Virus record (IMG/VR): IMGVR_UViG_3300047440_000139
Coordinates: 624-64,623 of that record
Reading direction: 5' to 3' (one strand)
Origin: a virus
Taxonomy: Duplodnaviria; Caudoviricetes
Length of the DNA stretch: 64,000 nucleotides
The notes under the pieces are model-generated. The model searched no databases and was not told where the DNA came from. It saw only the letters and a list, made by a program, of their open reading frames with translations. Below are positions 16,619-25,964 of this stretch, piece by piece. The number at the start of each line of letters is the position of its first letter. The stretch's first letter is position 1. The position numbers and the translations under genes are program-made.

Positions 16619-18322
16619 ATGGTAAATTATTGGGTCATCGCGACCAGCCTTCTAGGCAACGATCGGGGCATCCGGCAGCAGCTGTTCGCCACCCCGTTCC
16701 AGGCCAACAGCTTCCTCAACTCGGTGGGCGGCTACACCAACAGCGTCTACACCTACGAGGTGCGGCCCGCGACGTGGCGGGAACGGGAGCAACTCATGTT
16801 CGTGCCGGACCCGGCGACGGGCGAGGCCGTCTACACCCATGCGGTGTGGACGACCGAACAGTGGTGGAAGAACGTCGCCAGCAAGTTCAGGAACCACTTC
16901 CTGCACGTCTCGGTGCTCGACCCGACCGCCGTGGCCTTCACCGAGGACGAGGCCAAGGGCGAGGCCGACCGGCAGACCTACATGAGGCCGGGCAAGTACC
17001 TGCAGAAGTTCCTGGGGGCGGGCCCGACCGGGGTGATCGAGCACGGTCCGCTCAAGGGCTGGGCTCCGCAGGTCACCAAGATGCAGATCGCATTCTATGC
17101 GGCGTGGCACATGACCGGGTCGCGGCCGATCAGCGATGACGTGCTGGCCTTCGCCGAGACCGAGGAGGAGATGGTCCTGGTCTACGAGGAGGGGCCGGAC
17201 AGCTGCATGATGGGCAAGGGGTGGGAGTTCAGCCGCCACCCGGTCAGGGTCTACGCCGGGGGTGCGCTCAGGATGGCGTACCTGACCAGCGTGTCCGGGG
17301 ATGTGGTGGCCAGGGCCATCTGCTGGCCCGACAAGGAGTGCTTCAACCGGGTGTACCCGACGCCCAACAGCGACGCCCAGCGGGAGAAGTACGACGAGTT
17401 GATGATGCGCCTCAAGGCGCTCGGCTGGACGTCGATCACCGAGGACAACGAGTGCTTCGAGGGGGCGCTGCTGCAACGCATCGAGCGTGGCCGCTACGGC
17501 GGCTGGCTGATGCCCTACCTTGACCATGAGTACGGGGTAGAGGAGACGCAACGTGACGGCAAGCGGTGGTGGCGCATGACCCACGAGGCCGACCATCAGG
17601 ACAGCGTCGACGGGGAATACAGCCAGGGCGAGGACAGGTTCACCTGCGATTGCTGCGAAGACACGTTCCCCGACAACGGGGACTATAGCTACACCGTCTA
17701 CACGTCGTGGCGCAGGTCGGGTTCGACCGGCGGCAACGGCTGGGGCGTCGGCGAGTGCAGCTGGTGCGAAAGCTGCCGGGACAACAACGCCTTCTGGTGC
17801 GAAGGCAGCGACGAGCATTACGACCACGACCGGGCCAGCTACGTCGAGGTGAGCGGCGCGACCTACGAGCGGAACTGGTTCCTCGCCAACGACGGGTGGG
17901 AGTGCTCGATCTCCGAGCGCTACTACTTCCGGGGTGACAACGATCCGGTGGTGCTGGCCGACGGGTCGCTGATCCACGAGAGCGAGGTGGAGGACGGGAC
18001 GTTCGTCTGCTTCTACACCGGCCTGCGCTGGCCGAGCATGATGGAGGACGACCATGTGCCCGGCTACCACATCGGGTTCAGAGGGTGGCAGGTCCACCCC
18101 GTCGAGTACGAGTGCGTGGTCCCCGCCATGCCCGACGACCCGGCGGACGTGGAGGCGTGGGCTGCGGCCCACCCCCTGCCTGACGTCGGCATCGCCTACC
18201 TGCCGCCGCCGATCAGCGACCTGCAGTTCGAGCCCAGCCTCACCAAGATGCTGGCCCAACTTCGGCCGGTGCTGAGCTTCGTCACGCCCAGGTCCTGGGC
18301 CGACATCAACGTCAACTCCTGA
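16619..18322 (+). CDS. Hypothetical protein with acidic Cys-rich repeats
   Basis: RPGKYLQKF, GPDSCM, VARAICW, RVYP motifs followed by CDCC and CESC repeats; adjacent to the peptidase gene. Confidence 0.75.
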   Translation: MVNYWVIATSLLGNDRGIRQQLFATPFQANSFLNSVGGYTNSVYTYEVRPATWREREQLMFVPDPATGEAVYTHAVWTTEQWWKNVASKFRNHFLHVSVLDPTAVAFTEDEAKGEADRQTYMRPGKYLQKFLGAGPTGVIEHGPLKGWAPQVTKMQIAFYAAWHMTGSRPISDDVLAFAETEEEMVLVYEEGPDSCMMGKGWEFSRHPVRVYAGGALRMAYLTSVSGDVVARAICWPDKECFNRVYPTPNSDAQREKYDELMMRLKALGWTSITEDNECFEGALLQRIERGRYGGWLMPYLDHEYGVEETQRDGKRWWRMTHEADHQDSVDGEYSQGEDRFTCDCCEDTFPDNGDYSYTVYTSWRRSGSTGGNGWGVGECSWCESCRDNNAFWCEGSDEHYDHDRASYVEVSGATYERNWFLANDGWECSISERYYFRGDNDPVVLADGSLIHESEVEDGTFVCFYTGLRWPSMMEDDHVPGYHIGFRGWQVHPVEYECVVPAMPDDPADVEAWAAAHPLPDVGIAYLPPPISDLQFEPSLTKMLAQLRPVLSFVTPRSWADINVNS

Positions 18323-18336
18323 GCGAAGGAACACCT

Positions 18337-19599
18337 ATGTCCAAGAACCCGGAAGCCGACAAGATCGTGGCCGAGATGGTGGCCACCGCCAACGAACGCC
18401 GCACCGAGATCGTCCGCGTCAACGTGGCGACCAACGTGGAGGAGGAACGCTACGTCGCGGTCACCGACGACGTCACCTACGTCAGGACGTCGAGGCCGAT
18501 CTACAAGTTCGACGGCCCGATGCCGATGAACGAGCGGCAGCGCGACAACATGACCCTGCTCTGCCGCACCGAGAGCGCCATGCCTACCGGCTACGACTAC
18601 CGGCCCAGCGAGGCGCTGCGTGAGGACCCGTCCATCCACAAGCTGCTGGACATGCTGGAGACGTGTCGCCCGGGAGGGTCGGTCGAGGAGGAGGCGTTCA
18701 TCCAGACCTACCTCATGCCGCACGACCCCTACGTGGACGGCTACGGCAACCACATCATCACGGTGGACGGGCCGGAGGCGTACCCCAACATCCTGTGGTC
18801 CTGCCACACCGACACCGTCCACCGGCACGGCGGCGCGCAGAAGGTGGAGGTGACCAGCGGCGTGGCCTGGACCAGCGACGGGTCCTGCCTGGGTTCCGAC
18901 GACACGGTCGGCATCTGGCTGGCGCTGGAGATGATCGTGGCCAAGGTGCCGGGGACCTACGTCTTCCACCGGGAGGAGGAGAGCGGAGGAGGAGGCTCGC
19001 TGTGGCTGGCCGCCAACGGGTCGGACTACATCGGCCAGTTCGATGCGGCCATCGCCCTGGACCGGGCGGGCTACGCCGACGTCATCACCTACCAGGGTGG
19101 CCAGCGGTGCTGCTCGGACGAGTTCGCCCGGAGCGTGGCCGCCCTGCTCGGCGGCAGGTTCAAGCCGTGCGACGGGGGCGTGTTCACCGACACGGCCAAC
19201 TACGTCGACCTGATCGGCGAATGCACAAACTTGAGTGTAGGGTACTTCAAGCAGCACGGCCCGATGGAGCACACCAACCTGAGCTTCGCCGCCAACCTGC
19301 GCGACGCGCTGATCGCCGCCGACTGGACCAAGCTGGTGCTCAAGCGCCAGCCCGGCGAGGTGGAGGAGACCGACCGCTGGGGCTGGTTCGACAACAGCCG
19401 CTCCTATGGCCAGCTGCCCAAGCGGGACCGGGGTGCGCCCGCCTACGGCGGTCAGGCCGAGGCGATCGACGACATGGAGAAGTTCGTCAGCGAGTACCCC
19501 TGGGTGGTGGCCCAGTACCTCGTGGAGTTGGGCGTCAGCATCGACGATCTCGACCTGTACGAGCCGGGCGACGCGACCATCGGGGGGAAGGAGTGGTGA
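18337..19599 (+). CDS. M20/M28-family zinc peptidase-like protein
   Basis: Metal-ligand motifs CHTDTVH, LGSDDTVG, HREEESG, ALDR, NLSVGYFKQH. Confidence 0.85.
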   Translation: MSKNPEADKIVAEMVATANERRTEIVRVNVATNVEEERYVAVTDDVTYVRTSRPIYKFDGPMPMNERQRDNMTLLCRTESAMPTGYDYRPSEALREDPSIHKLLDMLETCRPGGSVEEEAFIQTYLMPHDPYVDGYGNHIITVDGPEAYPNILWSCHTDTVHRHGGAQKVEVTSGVAWTSDGSCLGSDDTVGIWLALEMIVAKVPGTYVFHREEESGGGGSLWLAANGSDYIGQFDAAIALDRAGYADVITYQGGQRCCSDEFARSVAALLGGRFKPCDGGVFTDTANYVDLIGECTNLSVGYFKQHGPMEHTNLSFAANLRDALIAADWTKLVLKRQPGEVEETDRWGWFDNSRSYGQLPKRDRGAPAYGGQAEAIDDMEKFVSEYPWVVAQYLVELGVSIDDLDLYEPGDATIGGKEW

Positions 19600-19952
19600 G
19601 CGGCTACAGTCCCGAGACCAAGGACCTGCTGTGGCCACCTGCTTTCGAGCAGGTGGCGGCGGCCGAAGGCTGGCAGCTGCGCGGCATCCACGGCGACGTC
19701 GAGGTGGACTACGACCCGATCCCCGACAACATGGGCGGCAGCCCGTACCGCGTGCTGATCGCCTGGATCATCCTCAACGCCTACGTCCTCGGCAGCCCGG
19801 CGCACCTCACCGCCTGGGAGTTCGAGTACGCCGCCAACAAGGAAATCTACGACGACGGACAGGTGCCCGGCGACAGCATGTACCGGGTCTACAACGACGC
19901 CACTGGCGAGGTGTCGTGGGTTGCGGACGACGGCCATGAGTGGCGGCGATGA
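19596..19952 (+). CDS. Hypothetical protein
   Basis: GTGA overlap, AAGGAG RBS. Confidence 0.65.
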   Translation: MSGYSPETKDLLWPPAFEQVAAAEGWQLRGIHGDVEVDYDPIPDNMGGSPYRVLIAWIILNAYVLGSPAHLTAWEFEYAANKEIYDDGQVPGDSMYRVYNDATGEVSWVADDGHEWRR

Positions 19953-20311
19953 GGGGCCGCGCCATCAAGGAGACCCGGCGCTTCTGCAACCCGAAGGTCA
20001 CGCAGTTCGGCCGCATCGGGCACCCCGCACCGCTCGACCGCAAGATGGTGAGGTGTGCAGGCGTGACGTTCGAGGACCGGCAGGAGGGCACGAAGTGGAC
20101 GCTCCGCAAGTACGACCCCTACCCGCCGGACTGGCCAGCGATGGACGTGTGGACGATGCAGCAGCTGATCCCCGTCGAGCAGCAGTCCAAGCGGGGCGTC
20201 GGCTACAGCAACCAGCGCCCGGTGCCGGAGGAGTTCGTGCCCGACGACGTGAAGGAGTTCGGTATCGCACAGCTTGTTCGGATGCGGCTCAACGGACAGG
20301 TGCGGGGATGA
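19949..20311 (+). CDS. Hypothetical protein
   Basis: ATGA overlaps at both ends. Confidence 0.6.
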   Translation: MRGRAIKETRRFCNPKVTQFGRIGHPAPLDRKMVRCAGVTFEDRQEGTKWTLRKYDPYPPDWPAMDVWTMQQLIPVEQQSKRGVGYSNQRPVPEEFVPDDVKEFGIAQLVRMRLNGQVRG

Positions 20312-20493
20312 GGGGGAAGATCGCTGCCGTCCTGGCCGTCTACTTCGTGAGCCTGTTCGTCGGCTGGTATGTGCTCTGGCCTCGGGACTGCGAGACCGAC
20401 ACCGAGTGCTTCGTCACCCCGCCCTGCGTCCTCACCCCCGGGTGTGACGGCGGGCCGGACCCGGCGCACCAGCCGTGGGCGTGGCTGCCATGA
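20308..20493 (+). CDS. Small membrane protein with four Cys
   Basis: N-terminal TM segment then DCETDTEC...PC...GCDGGP. Confidence 0.65.
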   Translation: MRGKIAAVLAVYFVSLFVGWYVLWPRDCETDTECFVTPPCVLTPGCDGGPDPAHQPWAWLP

Positions 20494-20726
20494 CGTGGTC
20501 CATCGACGAGGCGGTGCTGATCGCCCTGGCCACGCAGCAGGGCCACGACCTGCAACCCTGGAAGCCGTTCGCTACGTCGGCGGGCCGCGCCCAGTGCGTG
20601 TTCTGCGAGCGGCTCTACAGCATCAGCCGCCGGGCGCTGGCCGCTCGGGGGGTGGTGGAGTGGGATCAGGAGGGGACGGCCAACCGTCCTGACCAGTTCG
20701 CCCGCTGTCGGGGGAAGCCCGGATGA
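20490..20726 (+). CDS. Small Zn-finger-like protein (paralog A)
   Basis: MTWS...GH...CxxC...RRA...C. Confidence 0.65.
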   Translation: MTWSIDEAVLIALATQQGHDLQPWKPFATSAGRAQCVFCERLYSISRRALAARGVVEWDQEGTANRPDQFARCRGKPG

Positions 20727-20947
20727 CGTGGTCCTTCCGTGAGCAGGTACTGCTGGCGGGCATCCGCAAGGCTGGTCACCAGCCGGAGGACGACCGCGAC
20801 GAGGGATGGGCGGTGTGCGCCCGCTGCGGGGTGGCGTGGTTCGTCAAGCGCAGGGCGCACCTCGCCGACCTGAGCCGTGAGAACCGGGTGCTGATTGACG
20901 GCATCCACTGGGACAACCCGACCGACTTCGGCAAGTGCCAGCCCTGA
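20723..20947 (+). CDS. Small Zn-finger-like protein (paralog B)
   Basis: MTWS...GH...CxxC...RRA...C. Confidence 0.65.
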   Translation: MTWSFREQVLLAGIRKAGHQPEDDRDEGWAVCARCGVAWFVKRRAHLADLSRENRVLIDGIHWDNPTDFGKCQP

Positions 20948-20967
20948 ACCCAGGACGTGTCCCCCTC

Positions 20968-21009
20968 TTGACATGCCCATAACAATAGTGTAGACTAGAA
21001 TACAGTTGG
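20968..21009 (+). promoter_or_regulatory. Sigma70-type promoter P2
   Basis: TTGACA-17 nt-TAGACT then ACAGTT; spacer resembles P1 (TGCCnATAACAA). Confidence 0.85.
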
Positions 21010-21040
21010 AGATCGGCTCCAGCTGCACCCCACCCCCGGC

Positions 21041-21058
21041 GTTTACCCCGGGGTAAAC
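21041..21058. repeat. 18-bp palindrome copy 9
   Basis: Exact; 17 nt before ATG 21076. Confidence 0.97.
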
Positions 21059-21075
21059 CAGACGAAGGACACCAC

Positions 21076-22107
21076 ATGAACCCCAAGCTTTTCATCGAGA
21101 CCGCCGTGGCCCGCATGGACCACCAGCGCACCACCGGCAGGATCATGTCGCCGCTGCTCCTGCTGGCCCAGCCGGGCGTCGGCAAGACCAAGTGCGTGGA
21201 GCAGGCGGCGGCCAAGGCAGGCGTCGGCTACATCCACATCCACGGACCGGCCATGCCCGCCGAGGACTTCGGCGTCCCCGTCCCCGTGCCTGAGAACGGC
21301 TCGCTGGAGTTCTTCATCCCGCTCGGGAAGTTCCCGTTCGAGGGCGACGACACGCACCCCGAGTTCGGGATCATCAACATCGACGAACTCGCTGGCATGA
21401 ACAACGACCAGCAGAAGGTCGTGGCCAACATGATGCAGGAGCGGGAACTGCACGGCCGCAAGCTCAAGCCCGGCTGGCTGTTCATCTGCACCGGCAACCG
21501 CCAGGAGGACCGGGCCGGGGCCAACCGCATCCTGTCGCACCTCAACGACCGCTACATCACCATCCACTTCGAGACCAAGACCGACGACACCATCGAGTGG
21601 ATGCTGCAGAACGGCGTCCGGCCGGAGGTGATCGCCTTCCTGCAATGGCGATCCGACCTGATCGCCCCGCCCTTCGACCCGAACATCGAGAAGAACCCGA
21701 CGCCTCGGGGCTGGGCCGAGCGGGTCAGCCCTGAGATCGCATGCAACCCGAAGGCGGCGCTGTTCGAGGTGATCAAGGGCGCGGTCGGCGAGGGCGCGGC
21801 GGTCGAGTTCATGGCCTTCAACGACACCTTCATGTCGCTGCCCGATCCCGATCTGGTGCTGGCCAAGCCGGACACCTTCCACGTCCCCGACGAGGCTCAC
21901 ATCCTGTACGCCCTGATCGGTGCGCTGATCGCTCGGGTGAAGGCCGACACGTTCCCGGCGTTCATCACCTACGTCAGCCGGATGCCGCCCGAGTTCATGG
22001 TCATGGCCATGCGGAACGCCATCACCGCCCACGGCCAGCTGACCCAGACCAAGGCGTTCACGTCCTGGGCCGGGACCGCTGGGGCCAAGGCCCTGTTCAG
22101 CCGCTGA
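21076..22107 (+). CDS. MoxR-like AAA+ ATPase
   Basis: Walker A QPGVGKT, Walker B INIDEL, TGNRQED sensor, LNDR, PTPRGW. Confidence 0.88.
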   Translation: MNPKLFIETAVARMDHQRTTGRIMSPLLLLAQPGVGKTKCVEQAAAKAGVGYIHIHGPAMPAEDFGVPVPVPENGSLEFFIPLGKFPFEGDDTHPEFGIINIDELAGMNNDQQKVVANMMQERELHGRKLKPGWLFICTGNRQEDRAGANRILSHLNDRYITIHFETKTDDTIEWMLQNGVRPEVIAFLQWRSDLIAPPFDPNIEKNPTPRGWAERVSPEIACNPKAALFEVIKGAVGEGAAVEFMAFNDTFMSLPDPDLVLAKPDTFHVPDEAHILYALIGALIARVKADTFPAFITYVSRMPPEFMVMAMRNAITAHGQLTQTKAFTSWAGTAGAKALFSR

Positions 22108-22110
22108 TCC

Positions 22111-22128
22111 GATTACCCCGGGGTAAAC
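22111..22128. repeat. 18-bp palindrome copy 10 (one mismatch)
   Basis: GATTACCCCGGGGTAAAC, followed by a core-only copy ACCCCGGGGT at 22131-22140. Confidence 0.92.
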
Positions 22129-22165
22129 CCACCCCGGGGTCCACCCAACAGAAGGAACCTACACC

Positions 22166-23035
22166 ATGAGCCTCTCCGAACGAGCCATCCTCACCACCCT
22201 GAACGTCAGCCAGTGGACCGCCCGCAAGCTCGACAACGACGAGACCCTGGCCGTCAACCGCAAGCACGGGCTGGCCATCCAGGCGGCGCGCGTGAACAAG
22301 AACCTGCTGCCGACCAAGAACAACGAACTGCAGGTCCTGCAGCAGGTGACGGGCATGATCCGCAAGGACTTCGACAAGCACACCCTGCCCTGGTCGGTCG
22401 ACGGCATGCGCATCCTCAAGAGCGAGGCGTACATGGACTTCTCGAAGGAGGTGCGCGGCTGGCAGGACAGCTGGGAGCATGCCCGGGACACGTTCATCCG
22501 GGCCTACCCGCTGCTCAAGGCGGAAGCCTGCACGGCGCTGGGCTCGATGTACGACGACAGCGACTACCCGTCGTCCGACGACCTGTACCACCGCTTCCGG
22601 TTCGACGTTCGCTTCATGCCGATCGCCGACGACCGCGACTGGCGCATCGACGTGGGCGACGACGTGAAGGCGCAGCTGCAAGCGGACATCCGTGCCCAGC
22701 TTGAGGAGGTGGAAGCGGCCGCCATGGGTGAGGCGTGGTCCCGGGTGAGCGACGTGCTGGAGAAGACCGTCGAGCGGCTGGCCAATCCAGGGGCCATCTT
22801 CCGGGACAGCCTCGTCGACAACGCCATCGAGCTCTGCGCCATCATGCCCTCGCTCAACATCTCCAACGACCCGGACATGGAGGACGTGCGCCGGACCATC
22901 GAGCGCACCCTGGCCAAGTTCAGCGGCAACGTCGACGCCCTGCGCCACGACCCCATCGAGCGCGAGGATGCCGCCCACGCCCTGGCCGACGTGATGCGGA
23001 AGATGGCAGGCTACATGCCCCAGCGAGCGGCTTGA
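22166..23035 (+). CDS. Conserved helical phage protein (DUF3150-like)
   Basis: SQWTARKLD, TLPW..DG.RIL, DYPS...L..RF, FRDSLVDN, LNI.NDP; positioned between MoxR and VWA genes. Confidence 0.65.
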   Translation: MSLSERAILTTLNVSQWTARKLDNDETLAVNRKHGLAIQAARVNKNLLPTKNNELQVLQQVTGMIRKDFDKHTLPWSVDGMRILKSEAYMDFSKEVRGWQDSWEHARDTFIRAYPLLKAEACTALGSMYDDSDYPSSDDLYHRFRFDVRFMPIADDRDWRIDVGDDVKAQLQADIRAQLEEVEAAAMGEAWSRVSDVLEKTVERLANPGAIFRDSLVDNAIELCAIMPSLNISNDPDMEDVRRTIERTLAKFSGNVDALRHDPIEREDAAHALADVMRKMAGYMPQRAA

Positions 23036-23037
23036 CC

Positions 23038-23295
23038 ATGAGCGACGACACCTACACTGTATATGGCCGGGTGAAGACCGGGCTGAGCCAGCGCGGGGAG
23101 GTGGAGATCAAGGGTCTCCACCTCGAACGAGCGCCCAGCCTGGAGATGGCCAACTCGTTCATCGAGGACGCCATCACCCGGTACAAGGAGCCCGCCGTGG
23201 AAGCTGTGATCGTGCAGCTGATCGGCGGCCGCGACAGCTACGGCTCCCGGCGGGTGATCCGCCGGGTGTCCGGCGGCCGCGCTTGGTTCGAGTAA
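23038..23295 (+). CDS. Hypothetical protein
   Basis: 85-aa ORF filling the gap up to the palindrome. Confidence 0.6.
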   Translation: MSDDTYTVYGRVKTGLSQRGEVEIKGLHLERAPSLEMANSFIEDAITRYKEPAVEAVIVQLIGGRDSYGSRRVIRRVSGGRAWFE

Positions 23296-23297
23296 CC

Positions 23298-23315
23298 GTT
23301 TACCCCGGGGTAAAC
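23298..23315. repeat. 18-bp palindrome copy 11
   Basis: Exact; 20 nt before ATG 23336. Confidence 0.97.
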
Positions 23316-23335
23316 CCCAACCAGAAGGACAACCC

Positions 23336-24484
23336 ATGACCACCGATATCCTCAAGCAGAAGCTGTCGTCGGCGAAGACCGCGCTCGTCGTCGACAACGC
23401 CTTCATCGCCAGCCTGCTGTGCAGCCTGCGCGTGACCTGGGACGACAAGCTGGAGCCGCCGACCATGGTGACCGACGGCCACATGCTGACCGTCTGCCCC
23501 GCTCACATCGAGAAGCTATCAGCCCAGGAGCTACGCTTCGCCCTGGCCAACATCACCATGCGTCTGGTGTTCAACTGCCACCTCCGCAGCCGGGTCGGCC
23601 AGCGGAACCCGGTCAAGTGGGACGTGGCCTGTGACGTGGTGATCAACGCCATGCTGGAGCACGAGAAGCGCGACGGCCGCTCGACCGTTGGCCAGCGGTG
23701 GGACGACGCCATCCGCGAGCCGCACCTGTACGAGAAGGCGGGCAAGACCATCGAGGGCGTCTATGCCCTGCTGCCTGACCCGACCCCCGAGCAGGAGGGG
23801 AACCGCCAGGGCGTCCAGATTTTCGACGGCAGCGAGAGCGAGATGTCGGAGGCCGAGGCCCGGATGCACGTCCGTGTGGCCCAGGCCCGCGACGTGGCCC
23901 GCATGGCGGGGAACCTGTCCGAGAACATGGCCCGCTACGTCGGCGAGGAACTGACGCCCCGCATCCGCTGGCAGGATGTGCTGCGGGACTTCTTCACTCG
24001 CCGCATGGCCACCGAGATGTCGTGGGCCCGGCCCTCCCGCCGTGGTCTGGCGCAGGGCATCCTGCGTCCCGGCAAGGACGGCACCGGCATGGAGGAGATC
24101 GCCATCGCCGTGGACCTGTCGGGGTCGGTGAGCCCGTCCGAACTGCAGGAGTTCCTGACCGAGCTCCGGGCCATCAAGGTGGACTGCCAGCCGTTCCTGA
24201 CCCACGTCCTCTACTTCGCCTCCAGCGTGACGAAGTACGAGGTGTTCGGGCAGGACGACGAGTTGGACCTGCGGCCCAACGGCAGCGGCGGCACGGCGTT
24301 CTCGCCGATCTTCCGCTACCTGCGGGACCACGACATCGTCCCGGCCGCCACGGTGGTGCTGACCGACCTGTACTGCGCCGACTACGGGTCCACCCCGGAG
24401 TACCCGGTGCTGTGGGTGTCGACCGGCGCGGCTGGCCCGACCCCGTTCGGCCGGGTGACCATGCTGCGGGAGCAGTCCTTGTGA
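23336..24484 (+). CDS. DUF2201-like VWA protein with a degenerate metallopeptidase-like N-domain
   Basis: TMVTDG, WDVACDVVIN, SWARPSRR, MIDAS VDLSGS, GGT, LTD; the expected HExxH reads NITMR. Confidence 0.85.
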   Translation: MTTDILKQKLSSAKTALVVDNAFIASLLCSLRVTWDDKLEPPTMVTDGHMLTVCPAHIEKLSAQELRFALANITMRLVFNCHLRSRVGQRNPVKWDVACDVVINAMLEHEKRDGRSTVGQRWDDAIREPHLYEKAGKTIEGVYALLPDPTPEQEGNRQGVQIFDGSESEMSEAEARMHVRVAQARDVARMAGNLSENMARYVGEELTPRIRWQDVLRDFFTRRMATEMSWARPSRRGLAQGILRPGKDGTGMEEIAIAVDLSGSVSPSELQEFLTELRAIKVDCQPFLTHVLYFASSVTKYEVFGQDDELDLRPNGSGGTAFSPIFRYLRDHDIVPAATVVLTDLYCADYGSTPEYPVLWVSTGAAGPTPFGRVTMLREQSL

Positions 24485-25731
24485 CCCGGCACTCCGACTT
24501 TAAGATGGAGAGCCGTCCCTACGGCGGCAGCCGCACCAACTTCGTGCAGATCGTCTGCGGCTGGTGCGGCTACGAGGCATGGTTCCCGGCCAAGAACGGC
24601 GGCTGGGCCATGCGCATCTTCCGGGCGCACGGCTGGAAGGTCGGCTCGAAGGACGCGCAGCACCGCTGCCCGAAGTGTTTCGGCAGGGCGATCGCCGGTG
24701 GCCGTCGCAGCCCTGACAACCCGGTCATCCCGAAGGAACTCGGGACGGCCCTCAAGACCGCAATGAAGGAGACCCATGTGAGAGACGCCCTGCTGGGGAC
24801 ATCGTCCCTGAACACCATGCCCGAGGCGCTGCCGCCGCCCGGCCTGGAGTTGAGCGACAAGGCCAAGGCCATGCTGCGAGAGAAGCCCGCCAAGGACCCG
24901 CTGTACGTGGCGGACCTGATCGTACCGGCGACAGCGGAGGAGCCGCCAGCGCCCGTCCCTGAGCCCGCCAGCGGCTATCTCAAGCCGGTGCGAGGCCAGC
25001 AGTCGGTGCCGGGGCGGACGGTGTGGCCGCACCGGCCCAACGCGGCGTCGTCCGGGGTGCGCCAGACCCGCAGCGTTGACGGGCTGGGGTTCTTCACCGT
25101 CCCCGCCCCCGGCGGGTGGACGTGGAAGAAAGCCCCCGACGTCACGCCGGAGGAGAAGGCCGCGTGGCTGGAGAGCCGTCACTACGGCCCCCGCCCGTCG
25201 CAGCGCGCCGACGGGTCGAAGCCCGACATGGGGGCGACGATCACCGCCCAGGTGCCCCGGCCGGACGGCACCATCAGCATCGTCACCGTCCCGCTCAGGG
25301 ACGCCGTGAACATCACCGAGGAGGAACCGCCGATGACCACCGTCACCCCCATCCGAAAGGACGTCATGCCCACCCAGGCCGCCCCCACCCCGACCGTCGA
25401 CGCGCCCCGCAGCCCCACCCGGGACGAGCGCGCCCTCATCCACGACGCCCTAACCACGGGGTACGACAGCGTCGATCAGCGCTACCTCAAGGACGGCAGC
25501 GACAAGGCGCTGGCCGCCAAGCTGGACGTGCCCCGCGCCTGGGTCACCGACATCCGGGTGGCGTTCTTCGGCGACTACGACCGCAACGCCGAGAGCGAGA
25601 AGCAGAAGCTCAAGCTGGACGACGCCATCACCCTGGCCAAGGCCGCGACCACCCGCCTGCTTGAGATGGCGGGCGAGGCCGAGACCCTTGAGCAGCGGCT
25701 GGTGGCCGCCCGCAAGCTGCTGGAGGACTGA
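24481..25731 (+). CDS. Hypothetical protein with N-terminal Zn finger
   Basis: CGWC...GW...CPKC; C-terminal SDKALAAKLDVPRAWV HTH-like segment and coiled coil. Confidence 0.7.
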   Translation: MTRHSDFKMESRPYGGSRTNFVQIVCGWCGYEAWFPAKNGGWAMRIFRAHGWKVGSKDAQHRCPKCFGRAIAGGRRSPDNPVIPKELGTALKTAMKETHVRDALLGTSSLNTMPEALPPPGLELSDKAKAMLREKPAKDPLYVADLIVPATAEEPPAPVPEPASGYLKPVRGQQSVPGRTVWPHRPNAASSGVRQTRSVDGLGFFTVPAPGGWTWKKAPDVTPEEKAAWLESRHYGPRPSQRADGSKPDMGATITAQVPRPDGTISIVTVPLRDAVNITEEEPPMTTVTPIRKDVMPTQAAPTPTVDAPRSPTRDERALIHDALTTGYDSVDQRYLKDGSDKALAAKLDVPRAWVTDIRVAFFGDYDRNAESEKQKLKLDDAITLAKAATTRLLEMAGEAETLEQRLVAARKLLED

Positions 25732-25964
25732 TGCCCACCGTGGACCTGTCGCCGGAGGAGGCCCGGCATATCCTCAAGCGCCGTCGGTCGGCCAAGCGGG
25801 ACGCGTACTTCCGCGAGGGGCTGGTGGCGGCGGCCAATCACCTGATGCTGTGGGACGGGGCGACCGACACGCAGAAGCAGATGGTGGCCGACCAGATCAT
25901 GCGGCTCCGCAGGCCGCGCAACATCAGGCCCCGGGTGCCGGGCGCGAACCAGAAGGAGGACTAG
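25731..25964 (+). CDS. Hypothetical protein
   Basis: TGATG coupling, GGAGG RBS. Confidence 0.65.
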   Translation: MPTVDLSPEEARHILKRRRSAKRDAYFREGLVAAANHLMLWDGATDTQKQMVADQIMRLRRPRNIRPRVPGANQKED

